Shown here: positions 7,475-16,569 of the stretch, piece by piece
How the letters are laid out: the number at the start of each line of letters is the position of its first letter
How positions within the stretch are numbered: the stretch's first letter is position 1
From: a virus
Taxonomy: Duplodnaviria > Caudoviricetes
IMG/VR virus record: IMGVR_UViG_3300037511_000096
Coordinates: 1-27,874 of that record
DNA length: 27,874 nucleotides
Reading direction: 5' to 3' (one strand)
The notes under the pieces: generated by a model
What the model was told of the DNA's origin: nothing
The model's database searches: none
Seen by the model: the letters and a program-made list of their open reading frames with translations, nothing else
Program-made: the position numbers and the translations under genes

Positions 7475-9711
7475 TGAGTAAAGGAACATTACCAATAAGC
7501 GGCTGTATAGTGCCAATGAGTGATTTAGATACATACCCTACCCACTGGGATAAATACCAGCGTGGCAGTATGAGGGTGGTGGCAAATGTGGCTGAAAGGG
7601 ACGCGATAAGTGCTGATCGACGTGTTGAAGGGATGCAGGTTTATGTATTAGATGTAAAACGCCTAGATCAACTAACTGGGGGGGTCGATAATACTAAATG
7701 GACAAATATATTTACTCTTGATGGCGATAGTAAGGTTATACTTAATACTTCTTTAAACCAAGTAAAATATTTAATAGCGGGTAAGGCAGATCCTAATTTA
7801 CCTAACGCGATAGCTTTAGCAAGTCAACCCGACGGTTATTTAATAAATAGTGGTGGTGATATAGTTACTAGTTCTGGCGTTCCGTCGGGTTCGGTAGCAT
7901 TGAGTTTTGGTAAAGTATTAGTAGGAGATACTAATAATAAAGCGGCAGAGTCAAAAACTATTACTATGACCAATTTACCAATTGGGCTTACTGATAAATT
8001 TGCGGCTTCACATGTGATTAACACACGCCCTACCGACAGTTCATTAGAATATCCAAACGCACAATATTTAACAGATTTATCAGATGGAATAGTAAAACTT
8101 GAATCAGCAAGCGGATTATTAAAAATAGCTGTGGCAGATGTTGACTATGCGACAAAAACTACCCTTGAAACTTTGGCGGCAGAAGCTAAAGTTTCAGCAG
8201 ATGCGTCAGCTAGTTCAGCGAGTGATGCTAAAAGTTATGCTGGGGCTGCAGCAGGGTCAGCTTTAGCGGCTGGAACTTTTAAAGAAGCGGCAGAAACTTA
8301 TGCAGGAACAGCGGGAAAAGCGGCTATTTCTGCAAATGATTCATTTCTTGAAGCTACTGCAGCTGCCGGGATTGCGACTCAACAGGCTAGTGATTCATCA
8401 GGTTATGCAGATGCTTCACATGATAGCGCGGTTGCTTCTAATAATAGATCGTTGGAATCAAAACAATATAGAGATGAAGCTCAAGGATATGCTACAAGCG
8501 CACAAACTTCGTTAAATACATTATTAAATACCGGATTAAACCAATTACCCAATCATGGAGATGTAAATTTTCAAGGATTTAGGGCGTACAATTTAGCGGA
8601 TGGTAATGCTTCTAATGATGCGGTTACACTAAATCAATTAAATGCAGTTAGCGGCTCATATGTAAAAAGTGTAAATGGTACAGCGGGACGTATAAAAAGT
8701 ACAGGTGGACAAGATCCAGTACTTGATTTATTACCTACTACAATAACCGCCGGTACTTATAAAAGCCCTATAGTCGATTTTGATGACTATGGACGTGCAA
8801 CAGCAGCTGTAGAAACTATATTTACGGGTGTAAGTGGCAGAACAAGTATCGGAGGTACGGCACCTACGGTTATTTTTGATTTAGTCAATACTGGAATTGC
8901 AGCAGGTAGTTATACAAGTCCTAATATTACTGTAGATCTATCTGGAAGAATTACGGCGATCACTAGTAAATTACCAATTTTAGGTATTACCTCTAATGCA
9001 GATATTTTTGCATTAACAACCACGATCGACCCGCAAACATGGGACATCATTTTAAAGACCACAGGGGTTACGGCTGGAACCTATAATTTAATGTCAAGTA
9101 CTGTAGATAGCAGGGGAAGGATTTCAGCCGCCAGTACAAATACATTAAATGGCACATCGGGACGTGTAAGTATTTCGGCTTTACCTAATATGGTAGTAGA
9201 CTTAGTCCCCGTTATAACTGGGGCAACTGTAAATAGTCCCGGGGTTTTTACATATGATAATTATGGACGTATAACATTTGCAGAAAGTGCAAGTTTTTCT
9301 TCTTTTTGCAATAATACTCAATTTGCCACGACTGTGGTGACGGTTTCAAGTACATTTGTGGTAGCAAATTTACCATCTTCTAGTACTTCGCTGACTAACT
9401 TTACTTGGGGCGGTGGTACGGCCGCTATTGTATGTACTGCGACTGTGGCAGCAAAAAAAACAATAAATTTCAATTTGGGAGTGATACACGATGGAATTAA
9501 TAGTAACAGGACGTTGGCAAGAATAACAAAAAACGGCACAACTATTGCTTATATAGACACTTGGGTTTCGCCGCAAGGTGGCGGTATAGTATTAGAAACA
9601 GAAACTCTAATTAATCCAGGTGATAGTTTTAATGTATGGTATGCAAACGTTGGTACTATAACTGGTAGTGTTACTTATACAACTAGATCATGTAATATAA
9701 CAATAACTTAA
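7474..9711 (+). CDS. Long trimeric fibre/adhesin-like virion protein (745 aa)
   Basis: N-terminal DTYPTH...ERDAISADRRVEGMQVYV motif, Ala/Ser-rich coiled segment, YadA-like neck NLADGNASNDAVTLNQL, four ~50-aa repeats with AGTY...VDxxGR. Confidence 0.8.
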   Translation: MSKGTLPISGCIVPMSDLDTYPTHWDKYQRGSMRVVANVAERDAISADRRVEGMQVYVLDVKRLDQLTGGVDNTKWTNIFTLDGDSKVILNTSLNQVKYLIAGKADPNLPNAIALASQPDGYLINSGGDIVTSSGVPSGSVALSFGKVLVGDTNNKAAESKTITMTNLPIGLTDKFAASHVINTRPTDSSLEYPNAQYLTDLSDGIVKLESASGLLKIAVADVDYATKTTLETLAAEAKVSADASASSASDAKSYAGAAAGSALAAGTFKEAAETYAGTAGKAAISANDSFLEATAAAGIATQQASDSSGYADASHDSAVASNNRSLESKQYRDEAQGYATSAQTSLNTLLNTGLNQLPNHGDVNFQGFRAYNLADGNASNDAVTLNQLNAVSGSYVKSVNGTAGRIKSTGGQDPVLDLLPTTITAGTYKSPIVDFDDYGRATAAVETIFTGVSGRTSIGGTAPTVIFDLVNTGIAAGSYTSPNITVDLSGRITAITSKLPILGITSNADIFALTTTIDPQTWDIILKTTGVTAGTYNLMSSTVDSRGRISAASTNTLNGTSGRVSISALPNMVVDLVPVITGATVNSPGVFTYDNYGRITFAESASFSSFCNNTQFATTVVTVSSTFVVANLPSSSTSLTNFTWGGGTAAIVCTATVAAKKTINFNLGVIHDGINSNRTLARITKNGTTIAYIDTWVSPQGGGIVLETETLINPGDSFNVWYANVGTITGSVTYTTRSCNITIT

Positions 9712-9728
9712 AAACAAAGAGATTTTTT

Positions 9729-10118
9729 ATGACTTATGAACTTTCGCAAGTAGTAAATGCGGTAAACCAGAATACAAATTTATCAAATGAAGACCTAGCG
9801 ACTACTAGAGATCATTTAATAAAAGCTTTATTGGATAAAAACCCTAATTCTACCCCTGAGGAATTAGCGGCAGAATGTGATAGGGTTATTGCGGACTGTA
9901 ATACAAAAATTGATGGAAATAATGAGCAAATTGCGGAAAACGATGTTCAAATAGATTCATACATTAATAATACATTGCCCGCTATTAATAATGCAATAGC
10001 AGCTTTGCAATCAGATAATACTGCAAGAACTAATGATATACATAATTTATATGCAAGTATTAGCATGCAGAATGAAATAAAAAACATACTCATTCCACCG
10101 GTGGCAGATATTGTTTAA
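9729..10118 (+). CDS. Coiled-coil hypothetical protein
   Basis: Heptad pattern of Ile/Asn (IDGNNEQIAENDVQIDS); stop overlaps the next start (TAATG). Confidence 0.75.
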   Translation: MTYELSQVVNAVNQNTNLSNEDLATTRDHLIKALLDKNPNSTPEELAAECDRVIADCNTKIDGNNEQIAENDVQIDSYINNTLPAINNAIAALQSDNTARTNDIHNLYASISMQNEIKNILIPPVADIV

Positions 10119-10960
10119 TGGCTTATGCGATTGCTAAAACTATTTATTACCCTAAAACATTAGCCTTTCAGTATGAAAAATACATAATTCGTACTTTAAG
10201 GGCTACGTTGGGTATATTATCTAAAAGGCTAAAAGTTTTTTTTGCTACAAATAAAAACGATAGCATACGTAGTGATGACTATATAGATGACTTACAGCAA
10301 CTATTAAATGATATAAGTGCTTTTATTGCTGTAAATGACAATAAGTTAATAAGAGACTTATTGTTTATAGGACGTGCATTATTGAACTATACCAAAAAGC
10401 AATTGTTAAATTCTTTTAAGGGAATTCTATCAGTAAAAGTTGCCTCTCCTAGTTTAGCGCTTAATATATTTCAAAATCCTTTACTTGATAAGGATATAGA
10501 TTTAATGCTTAAATCTTGGGTATCAACGAATGTTACATTAATTAAGTCTATACAGACTGATTTATTGGGGCAAGTAAAGGTCATAATAGAAGATGGATAT
10601 CGTTCAGCCCTTTCTATTCCTACAATTACCCAGCAATTGCAATCAAAGTTTAATATATCTAAAAATAGAGCTCGACTAATTGCACGCGATCAGATGGGTA
10701 AGCTTCATTCTGCTTATATACATCATGAACATGAACAACTTGGAATAACGGAATATGTTTGGTTAACTACTCATGATGAGCGAGTTAGAAAGAGTCATAA
10801 GGTATTAGATGGTAAAGTATGTCAATGGAATAACCCTTTGACTTATAAAAACTCAGAAGATGGTAAGCTATTAAGTAAAAGTTCTATTGGTGGAGTACCG
10901 CTTCAAGTAGGACAGGACTTTCAATGTCGCTGTTCTTTAGCTGCAATTGTGAATTTATAG
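10118..10960 (+). CDS. Minor head protein, SPP1 gp7 / Mu gpF family
   Basis: RARLIARDQ, YVWLTTHDERVRKSH, LDGK and terminal FQCRC motifs. Confidence 0.95.
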   Translation: MAYAIAKTIYYPKTLAFQYEKYIIRTLRATLGILSKRLKVFFATNKNDSIRSDDYIDDLQQLLNDISAFIAVNDNKLIRDLLFIGRALLNYTKKQLLNSFKGILSVKVASPSLALNIFQNPLLDKDIDLMLKSWVSTNVTLIKSIQTDLLGQVKVIIEDGYRSALSIPTITQQLQSKFNISKNRARLIARDQMGKLHSAYIHHEHEQLGITEYVWLTTHDERVRKSHKVLDGKVCQWNNPLTYKNSEDGKLLSKSSIGGVPLQVGQDFQCRCSLAAIVNL

Positions 10961-11557
10961 ATCTATTCTTATAGCGCTTGATACTGAATGCCCTTTATAG
11001 CTATAGACCACTTCACTTAAATGTTTGTAGTTATATCCTAGCTCGAAGGTTACATCATTTGAAACTTTATGCGCTACACCTGCATAGGCTGCATATGTGA
11101 AGTTTACACCTTTATAGATTTTTCCAAGTTTTATATCTCCTAATGTTGCTCGAACCACTGATCTAGCAACTCCTCCACCTATTCCACCATATAATGAGGT
11201 TTTTTTTACTTTGATTATATCTACAAATAAATTCGCGCTTACATTAGTAATCTTAGCATGTGTACATAAATGATTACCCGCGGCCAAGATAGAAGGATTA
11301 TCAAACGGGCAAACGTCCGTTAAAACCACAGTATGTTTTATATTTGAAAAATGTTCAATTGATACATCCACCCTTACTTTATCACTAAAATTATAGCCTA
11401 TTGCAAAAGAAGGAAGCAAAGTTACTTTCCCCTTATATTGCCCTACATTAGCGGGATAAAATCCACTAAATGAAGGTTTTACATAAAAATTATCTTCTGC
11501 CGCTACTGCGCTTGAGGTTAGTAACGTCGTTATTAATATCGCCTTTTTTAATGTCAC
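10955..11557 (-). CDS. Outer-membrane beta-barrel protein (opacity/porin family; Rickettsia Adr-like) moron
   Basis: GTG start, Sec signal ending AVAA, amphipathic strands (AIGYNFSDKVRVDVS, LYGGIGGGVA, ELGYNYKHL), C-terminal YKGHSVSSAIRIDL. Confidence 0.88.
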   Translation of the reverse strand: MTLKKAILITTLLTSSAVAAEDNFYVKPSFSGFYPANVGQYKGKVTLLPSFAIGYNFSDKVRVDVSIEHFSNIKHTVVLTDVCPFDNPSILAAGNHLCTHAKITNVSANLFVDIIKVKKTSLYGGIGGGVARSVVRATLGDIKLGKIYKGVNFTYAAYAGVAHKVSNDVTFELGYNYKHLSEVVYSYKGHSVSSAIRIDL

Positions 11558-11630
11558 AAAATTATTGAATTTTAAAATAATTAATAAAATACCACCAAAT
11601 ATTTATTTAATCAATCTGTTATTAATAATC

Positions 11631-11685
11631 TTGACAAATAAGTTAATACGATTAATATATTAATAATATATTAATAATGCATTAA
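11631..11685 (+). promoter_or_regulatory. Putative promoter for the capsid operon with phased TTAA repeats
   Basis: TTGACA (11631-11636), 16 nt, TAATAT (11653-11658); TTAA at 11660, 11671 and 11682. Confidence 0.5.
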
Positions 11686-11695
11686 ATATACTGCT

Positions 11696-12847
11696 TTGAG
11701 TGAAATTAGAATAGATCGGGTTAAGCTCGGTAAAGTCTCAAAAACCCCCGAAGGTTATCTTAGAGGCGATGCTATTGTTACTAGAACAGGGGTATTTAAA
11801 TATATAAACCTTGATGGAACAGAACGCTTAGAGTTACGCGCTCCCGAAGATATTTTACAGCCAGATAGTTTAGCAACATTAAAATCTTTACCTATTACCA
11901 ACGATCACCCAACAACTTTAGTTACAGCTGAAAATGCTGCGCAACTAACCGTTGGAATGACGGGTGAAACAGTAATGGTTGAAGATGGTTATGTTGGGGT
12001 TTCATTAAACATAACTCATAAAAATGCAATTGACGCTATCAATGGCGGAAAGCAAGAACTGTCTGCGGGCTATAGGGTAGATCTTGTGCCTGAGGTTGGT
12101 GAGTATAACGGTGAGCGTTACACACATAGACAAACGAACGTTATATACAACCATCTTGCAATTGTGGAGATGGGAAGAGCTGGGAGAATGGCACGTTTAA
12201 ATTTAGACGGTGCATTTATTCAATGTGACGAAGTTACAAAAAATGAAGAAAAGGAAATTATGACTACTAACAATGAAAATAATAACGGGCTATTAGACGT
12301 AGTAGAGACTATAGCCGAAACAGTCGTACAGGCTACCACTGGAGTTGATTTGCATACAGTACATACTACTGCTGAAAAAGTGGTAGCAGGTGTAGAGCAG
12401 GTAGTAAACGCTCTTGAAAATGGGGAAGCTACGACAGAGACAGAAACTAACACGGATGAAGTCGACGAGATCATTAAGAAACTTAAGGCGGAAAATGAAG
12501 AATTAAAACAAATAAATGCTGATTCTTTAATAGCCGAAAAGGCGAAACAAAGAGTTGTACTATTAAGTAAAGCAGCTGCATTTATGAACACTGACGGTCT
12601 TTTAGACAAGTCCGAACGTGAAATCATGATGAGTGTGATTAATTCTAGGGCGATGAAGAATTTCGATTTTGCGGATAAATCAGATGACTATGTATTAGGT
12701 AGATTTGATGCGGTGCTCGAAGAAGCGGAATACCGTCATATTAAAAGACAGATGAATAATCTTGATGAAAAACCTCAAGAGAAAAAAATAAATTCAGTTT
12801 TTGAAATGATGAAGTCCCAACATAGACAATATGAGGGGGTTGCATAA
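11696..12847 (+). CDS. DUF2213 prohead protease/scaffold protein
   Basis: TTG start; TPEGYL, RTGVFKY, PITNDHP, ELSAGY and NHLAIVEMGRAG motifs, then an acidic coiled-coil region. Confidence 0.93.
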   Translation: MSEIRIDRVKLGKVSKTPEGYLRGDAIVTRTGVFKYINLDGTERLELRAPEDILQPDSLATLKSLPITNDHPTTLVTAENAAQLTVGMTGETVMVEDGYVGVSLNITHKNAIDAINGGKQELSAGYRVDLVPEVGEYNGERYTHRQTNVIYNHLAIVEMGRAGRMARLNLDGAFIQCDEVTKNEEKEIMTTNNENNNGLLDVVETIAETVVQATTGVDLHTVHTTAEKVVAGVEQVVNALENGEATTETETNTDEVDEIIKKLKAENEELKQINADSLIAEKAKQRVVLLSKAAAFMNTDGLLDKSEREIMMSVINSRAMKNFDFADKSDDYVLGRFDAVLEEAEYRHIKRQMNNLDEKPQEKKINSVFEMMKSQHRQYEGVA

Positions 12848-13311
12848 TGGCAATGTACGGATATAGCAGTGATGCTGCACAAGCGGGGCAGCCTTACGAT
12901 AGTACTATTAGAATTAATGACAGTTTTACAGCTGAGGAAGTAATAGCTTTTGGCTTGCCTTTAATGAGAGGCTCAAACCCGGAAAAGCAAGTAAAGGTCT
13001 TTAATGGTGGTGTAACTACTGAATTTTTAGGAATTTCGGGATATTCAGCCACAAGAACCGAAGGTGCATATGCCATCAATTCGGGAGTGCGAGTATTTAC
13101 CATGGGGAGAGTATGGATACCATTAACTGGTACATTAACTGTCCAGGAAGGTGATATTGCTTATTTAAATATCACTGATGATGTGATTACCAATGTGCAT
13201 GTACCTAATCAAGATTTTCAGATTGGAAGGTTTACAACCGGTGGTACTACCAACCCGGGAAATCCTAAGCTGTTTGTATTAGAAATAGAAATGGGTTTTA
13301 CGGACGATTAA
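12847..13311 (+). CDS. Head decoration/cement protein, paralog 1
   Basis: Between scaffold and capsid genes; about 150 aa; AQAGQ, AEEVIAFG, GISGY and GRVWI motifs. Confidence 0.8.
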   Translation: MAMYGYSSDAAQAGQPYDSTIRINDSFTAEEVIAFGLPLMRGSNPEKQVKVFNGGVTTEFLGISGYSATRTEGAYAINSGVRVFTMGRVWIPLTGTLTVQEGDIAYLNITDDVITNVHVPNQDFQIGRFTTGGTTNPGNPKLFVLEIEMGFTDD

Positions 13312-13312
13312 T

Positions 13313-13822
13313 ATGTATGATTTTTCACCCGTCCCTGCACAAGTAGGGCAATTTGTAAGGATGCCAAATAGTATTATAGACAGCTATAAGGCTGGCGAAG
13401 ACATACCATTTGGTAGACCTTTGATGCGTGATCCAAGCAATCCTAATGTTTGTTTAAGATATAACAACCCTTCTCCTATTTTTTCATTCGCTCCATTTAT
13501 TGGAGTGTCTGGCTATACGGCTTTAAAAAATCAAACACCTACTAAAGCGGAAGGACAATATTACGCAACTGATGATGTTTCTGTAATAAGCGCCGGATGG
13601 TTTTGGACGACTTTAGATACAGGGTTAACAATTAATATCGATGATCCTTGTTATTTGAATCAAGACTCTGCGACGGGATTTGATGATTTTACAAATATAA
13701 AAGCCCCCGAAGGAGACCAATTACGAATAGGAAATTTCCGAAGTGCAGGTACTCCAGATGGAAGAGAGGGGAAGGTCGTATTTCTTATCGAATTAAGACC
13801 GGATATACAACATACAGTTTAA
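13313..13822 (+). CDS. Head decoration/cement protein, paralog 2
   Basis: Shares AQVGQ, FGRPLMR, GVSGY and IGNF..AGT with its neighbours. Confidence 0.75.
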   Translation: MYDFSPVPAQVGQFVRMPNSIIDSYKAGEDIPFGRPLMRDPSNPNVCLRYNNPSPIFSFAPFIGVSGYTALKNQTPTKAEGQYYATDDVSVISAGWFWTTLDTGLTINIDDPCYLNQDSATGFDDFTNIKAPEGDQLRIGNFRSAGTPDGREGKVVFLIELRPDIQHTV

Positions 13823-13863
13823 ATAATTAATATTTTAAGACTTAATAATAAAAGAGTAAAAAA

Positions 13864-14331
13864 ATGGCAGAATATGGATATAGCACCTTACTAGCCCAAG
13901 CGGGACAAATAGTAGATGCAACCCCAAGTATAACTACCAGCTTTGCAGCCGAGGAAATTATAGAAATGGGAAGACCTTTAATGCGGGGAACTGATCCAGC
14001 GAAGCAAGTGAAAAACTATGTTTCGGGAGGAGATTTTACAAAAAAGTTTCTAGGTATTTCGGGTTATACGGCTACAGAAATAAAAGGCAATTACCCAGTG
14101 GGTGATATGGTTTCAGTTTTAGAATGGGGGCGTATTTATGTGCCTTTAATAACTGGCTTGACCATTACTGCGGGTGACATTGCTTATCTAAATCAGACGA
14201 CAAATTCAATTACTAATGTTTCGTCAACTAATCAAATCAAAATTGGACGGTTTCAGTCAAGCGGTACTTCGGATGGGCTAACAGGCTCACAAGTATTTGC
14301 GTTGGAGATTATACCGGGTTTTGAAGTTTAA
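13864..14331 (+). CDS. Head decoration/cement protein, paralog 3
   Basis: Visibly collinear with paralog 1 (MAxYGYS, AQAGQ, PLMRG, KQVK, FLGISGY, GDIAYLN, IGRF). Confidence 0.8.
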   Translation: MAEYGYSTLLAQAGQIVDATPSITTSFAAEEIIEMGRPLMRGTDPAKQVKNYVSGGDFTKKFLGISGYTATEIKGNYPVGDMVSVLEWGRIYVPLITGLTITAGDIAYLNQTTNSITNVSSTNQIKIGRFQSSGTSDGLTGSQVFALEIIPGFEV

Positions 14332-14354
14332 CAAATAAAAGAGAATAAAAACAG

Positions 14355-15302
14355 ATGATTAATTTTTTAAATTTAGACAAATCACAATTCACTAATTTAG
14401 ACAGTGCGCAAACTATCTTTTTCTTAAGGGAATTGGAGAATATAAAAACAAGAATTTTTGAGACTCCATATGCGCCTTTAAAGGCTAATCAGTTAATACC
14501 TATTGATAGTACAACCCCTCCGGGTGCAACGACTGTTACTTATACGATTTATGACAGAACAGGTTCGGCCAAAATCATAAGTAACTATGCAGATGATTTA
14601 CCAAGCGCGGATACTAAAGGTCAACAAATTACAAGTAACTTAAGATCTATTGGTAACTATTTTGAATTTTCACTAGAAGATATTAGAGCTGCTCAGTTTG
14701 CAGGTAAACCTTTACAGCAAAGAAAAGCAAATTCAGCATTACAAGAGCAATTACTTCTAGCTAATAAAATAGCATTCTTTGGTGATGCAGCAGCAGGAGT
14801 TCAAGGATGGCTAAACAATCCTAATATTCCAATTGCCCCAGTAGCGGGAGCTAACCCAGCAGCTAGGTTATGGTCAACTAAAGTTGCTACTCCTAAGCTC
14901 ATTCTGGATGACTTAAATGAAATAACTAGAACAGTTGTATCTACAACAAACGGTGTAGAAACTATCGATACTATTGTTATGCCAATAGAGCAATATCAAA
15001 TTATTGCAAATACTCAGCTTGGTATTGGTACTGATACTACAATTCTACAGTTCTATGTAAGAAATAACCCGGGGGTAACGGTCACTTGGGCTAACGAATT
15101 AAAAGCCGCGTTTGCTAGCAACACTGACGGTATGATTGCTTATAGAAACAGCATCGACAAGTTTTGGCAAGAAATACCGCAACCATTTGAGATGTTTGCA
15201 CCTCAATGGACTAACCTTACATATAAGGTGCCATGCCATAGTAAGCATGGTGGGACTATTGTTGTTTACCCTAAATCACAGGCTATTAGGACTGGTATTT
15301 AA
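14355..15302 (+). CDS. Major capsid protein, DUF2184 (HK97 fold)
   Basis: FFLRELE, DDLP, NKIAFFGD...GWLNNPN and GGTIVVYP motifs; 315 aa; position. Confidence 0.93.
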   Translation: MINFLNLDKSQFTNLDSAQTIFFLRELENIKTRIFETPYAPLKANQLIPIDSTTPPGATTVTYTIYDRTGSAKIISNYADDLPSADTKGQQITSNLRSIGNYFEFSLEDIRAAQFAGKPLQQRKANSALQEQLLLANKIAFFGDAAAGVQGWLNNPNIPIAPVAGANPAARLWSTKVATPKLILDDLNEITRTVVSTTNGVETIDTIVMPIEQYQIIANTQLGIGTDTTILQFYVRNNPGVTVTWANELKAAFASNTDGMIAYRNSIDKFWQEIPQPFEMFAPQWTNLTYKVPCHSKHGGTIVVYPKSQAIRTGI

Positions 15303-15646
15303 TGTCAACACCTGCGGAGCTATTAGTAATTATTGCCCCTGAATTTAAGGATATTGATTATTCAGGGGCAATAACGGTAGCTGAAATGCAAATAGCTCCA
15401 AATTTATGCGGAGATATGCGCCCTCTTTTGGTTGCATATCTTGCGGCACATGTATTGACAATAGCTAATCCTACTGGGGGCTCGAGCGCCAATATAGCTT
15501 CAATTACCGAAGGTAATACAAGTATTAAATATGAAAACATGCAAGCGGTTATACAGACTACAGGGTTATCAGATACGACTTATGGGCGTGAATATGACAG
15601 GTTAAGTCGTGGTTGTGTGTTTGCGGCTAGGACAAGAATGTGTTGA
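15302..15646 (+). CDS. Head-tail adaptor, DUF4054-like
   Basis: APEF start, YLAAH and TTYGREY motifs; directly after capsid. Confidence 0.85.
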   Translation: MSTPAELLVIIAPEFKDIDYSGAITVAEMQIAPNLCGDMRPLLVAYLAAHVLTIANPTGGSSANIASITEGNTSIKYENMQAVIQTTGLSDTTYGREYDRLSRGCVFAARTRMC

Positions 15647-16216
15647 ATGAAGGACAAAGATTTAGGATATCGAGCTTTAAAAAAAAGATTAAATGAATTT
15701 AAGAAATCTGTAATAAAAGTCGGTATTCAAGGTAAGGAGGCTCAAGTTGTTAATAACATTAGAGCTAAACAGAATGAAAGTATAAGAGCTGCTAAGGAAG
15801 TACTAGAAAAAGGAAGCTCAAAGCCAAAGACTATAAAAGCTGTAACCGTAGTGACATATGCTGCAGCTAACGAATTTGGAGCAAAAGCGGGACGTAATGG
15901 AAAGGTAACTATACCAGAAAGATCTTTTATACGTTCCACAACTGACAAAAAGGACTATTGGCAAAAGGAAGTTGAGAAGGCTTACGGTAATATCATAGAT
16001 GGTAAAGATACAGCCCTTTCAGCTATAGCCAAGGTTGGGATTATAGCCCGTGATGATATTAAGAAGACGATTAGTGAAGGTGTACCGCCTCCTAATGCGC
16101 CGATTACTATAGCAAAAAAAACAGTAGGTGGCAAAGTAGGTAATCATCCTCTTATCGACACGGGAATTATGAGGCAATCAGTTACTTATAAATTTGCAGA
16201 TGATGACGGGTATTAG
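15647..16216 (+). CDS. Neck/tail completion protein
   Basis: KVGI, ANEFG, IPERSFIRST, PPNAPITI and PLIDTG motifs. Confidence 0.85.
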   Translation: MKDKDLGYRALKKRLNEFKKSVIKVGIQGKEAQVVNNIRAKQNESIRAAKEVLEKGSSKPKTIKAVTVVTYAAANEFGAKAGRNGKVTIPERSFIRSTTDKKDYWQKEVEKAYGNIIDGKDTALSAIAKVGIIARDDIKKTISEGVPPPNAPITIAKKTVGGKVGNHPLIDTGIMRQSVTYKFADDDGY

Positions 16217-16218
16217 AG

Positions 16219-16569
16219 ATGTTAACCGACATTTTTAAAAGAGATGTAACAGTAAAACACCCTGGAATTGGTTCATATGTAGCAGGTGTTTGGGTTAATG
16301 GAACTGAAACTACATTTACCATAAGGGCTAACGTTCAGCCAGTCCCTGCAATTGTAATGGAAACATTGCCAGAGGGTTATAGGACTAAATCAGCCTTTAT
16401 ACTTTATACCAATACTGAGCTATTAACTGCCGAAGATAACAATAATAACCCTGATATCGTTTTGCTTTACGGTAAGAGATATTTTGTAACAAAAAAGGAG
16501 ATATGGCAAAACACGATTCTTGCACATTATGAAATTATTGTAGTGAAGGAAGAACAAGATGTTAATTAG
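16219..16569 (+). CDS. Head closure (stopper) protein
   Basis: GSYVAGVWV, ANVQP and LPEGYR motifs; size and position. Confidence 0.75.
   Translation: MLTDIFKRDVTVKHPGIGSYVAGVWVNGTETTFTIRANVQPVPAIVMETLPEGYRTKSAFILYTNTELLTAEDNNNNPDIVLLYGKRYFVTKKEIWQNTILAHYEIIVVKEEQDVN

Noticed and set aside
7271-9576. ORFs 7271-7534, 7836-8024, 8300-8515, 9318-9539, 9370-9576
   Set aside because: Nested in or antisense to the fibre genes; no RBS or motif support.
14355-15302. Encapsulin nanocompartment
   Set aside because: HK97-fold similarity is explained by a phage capsid; terminase, portal and tail genes are all present.
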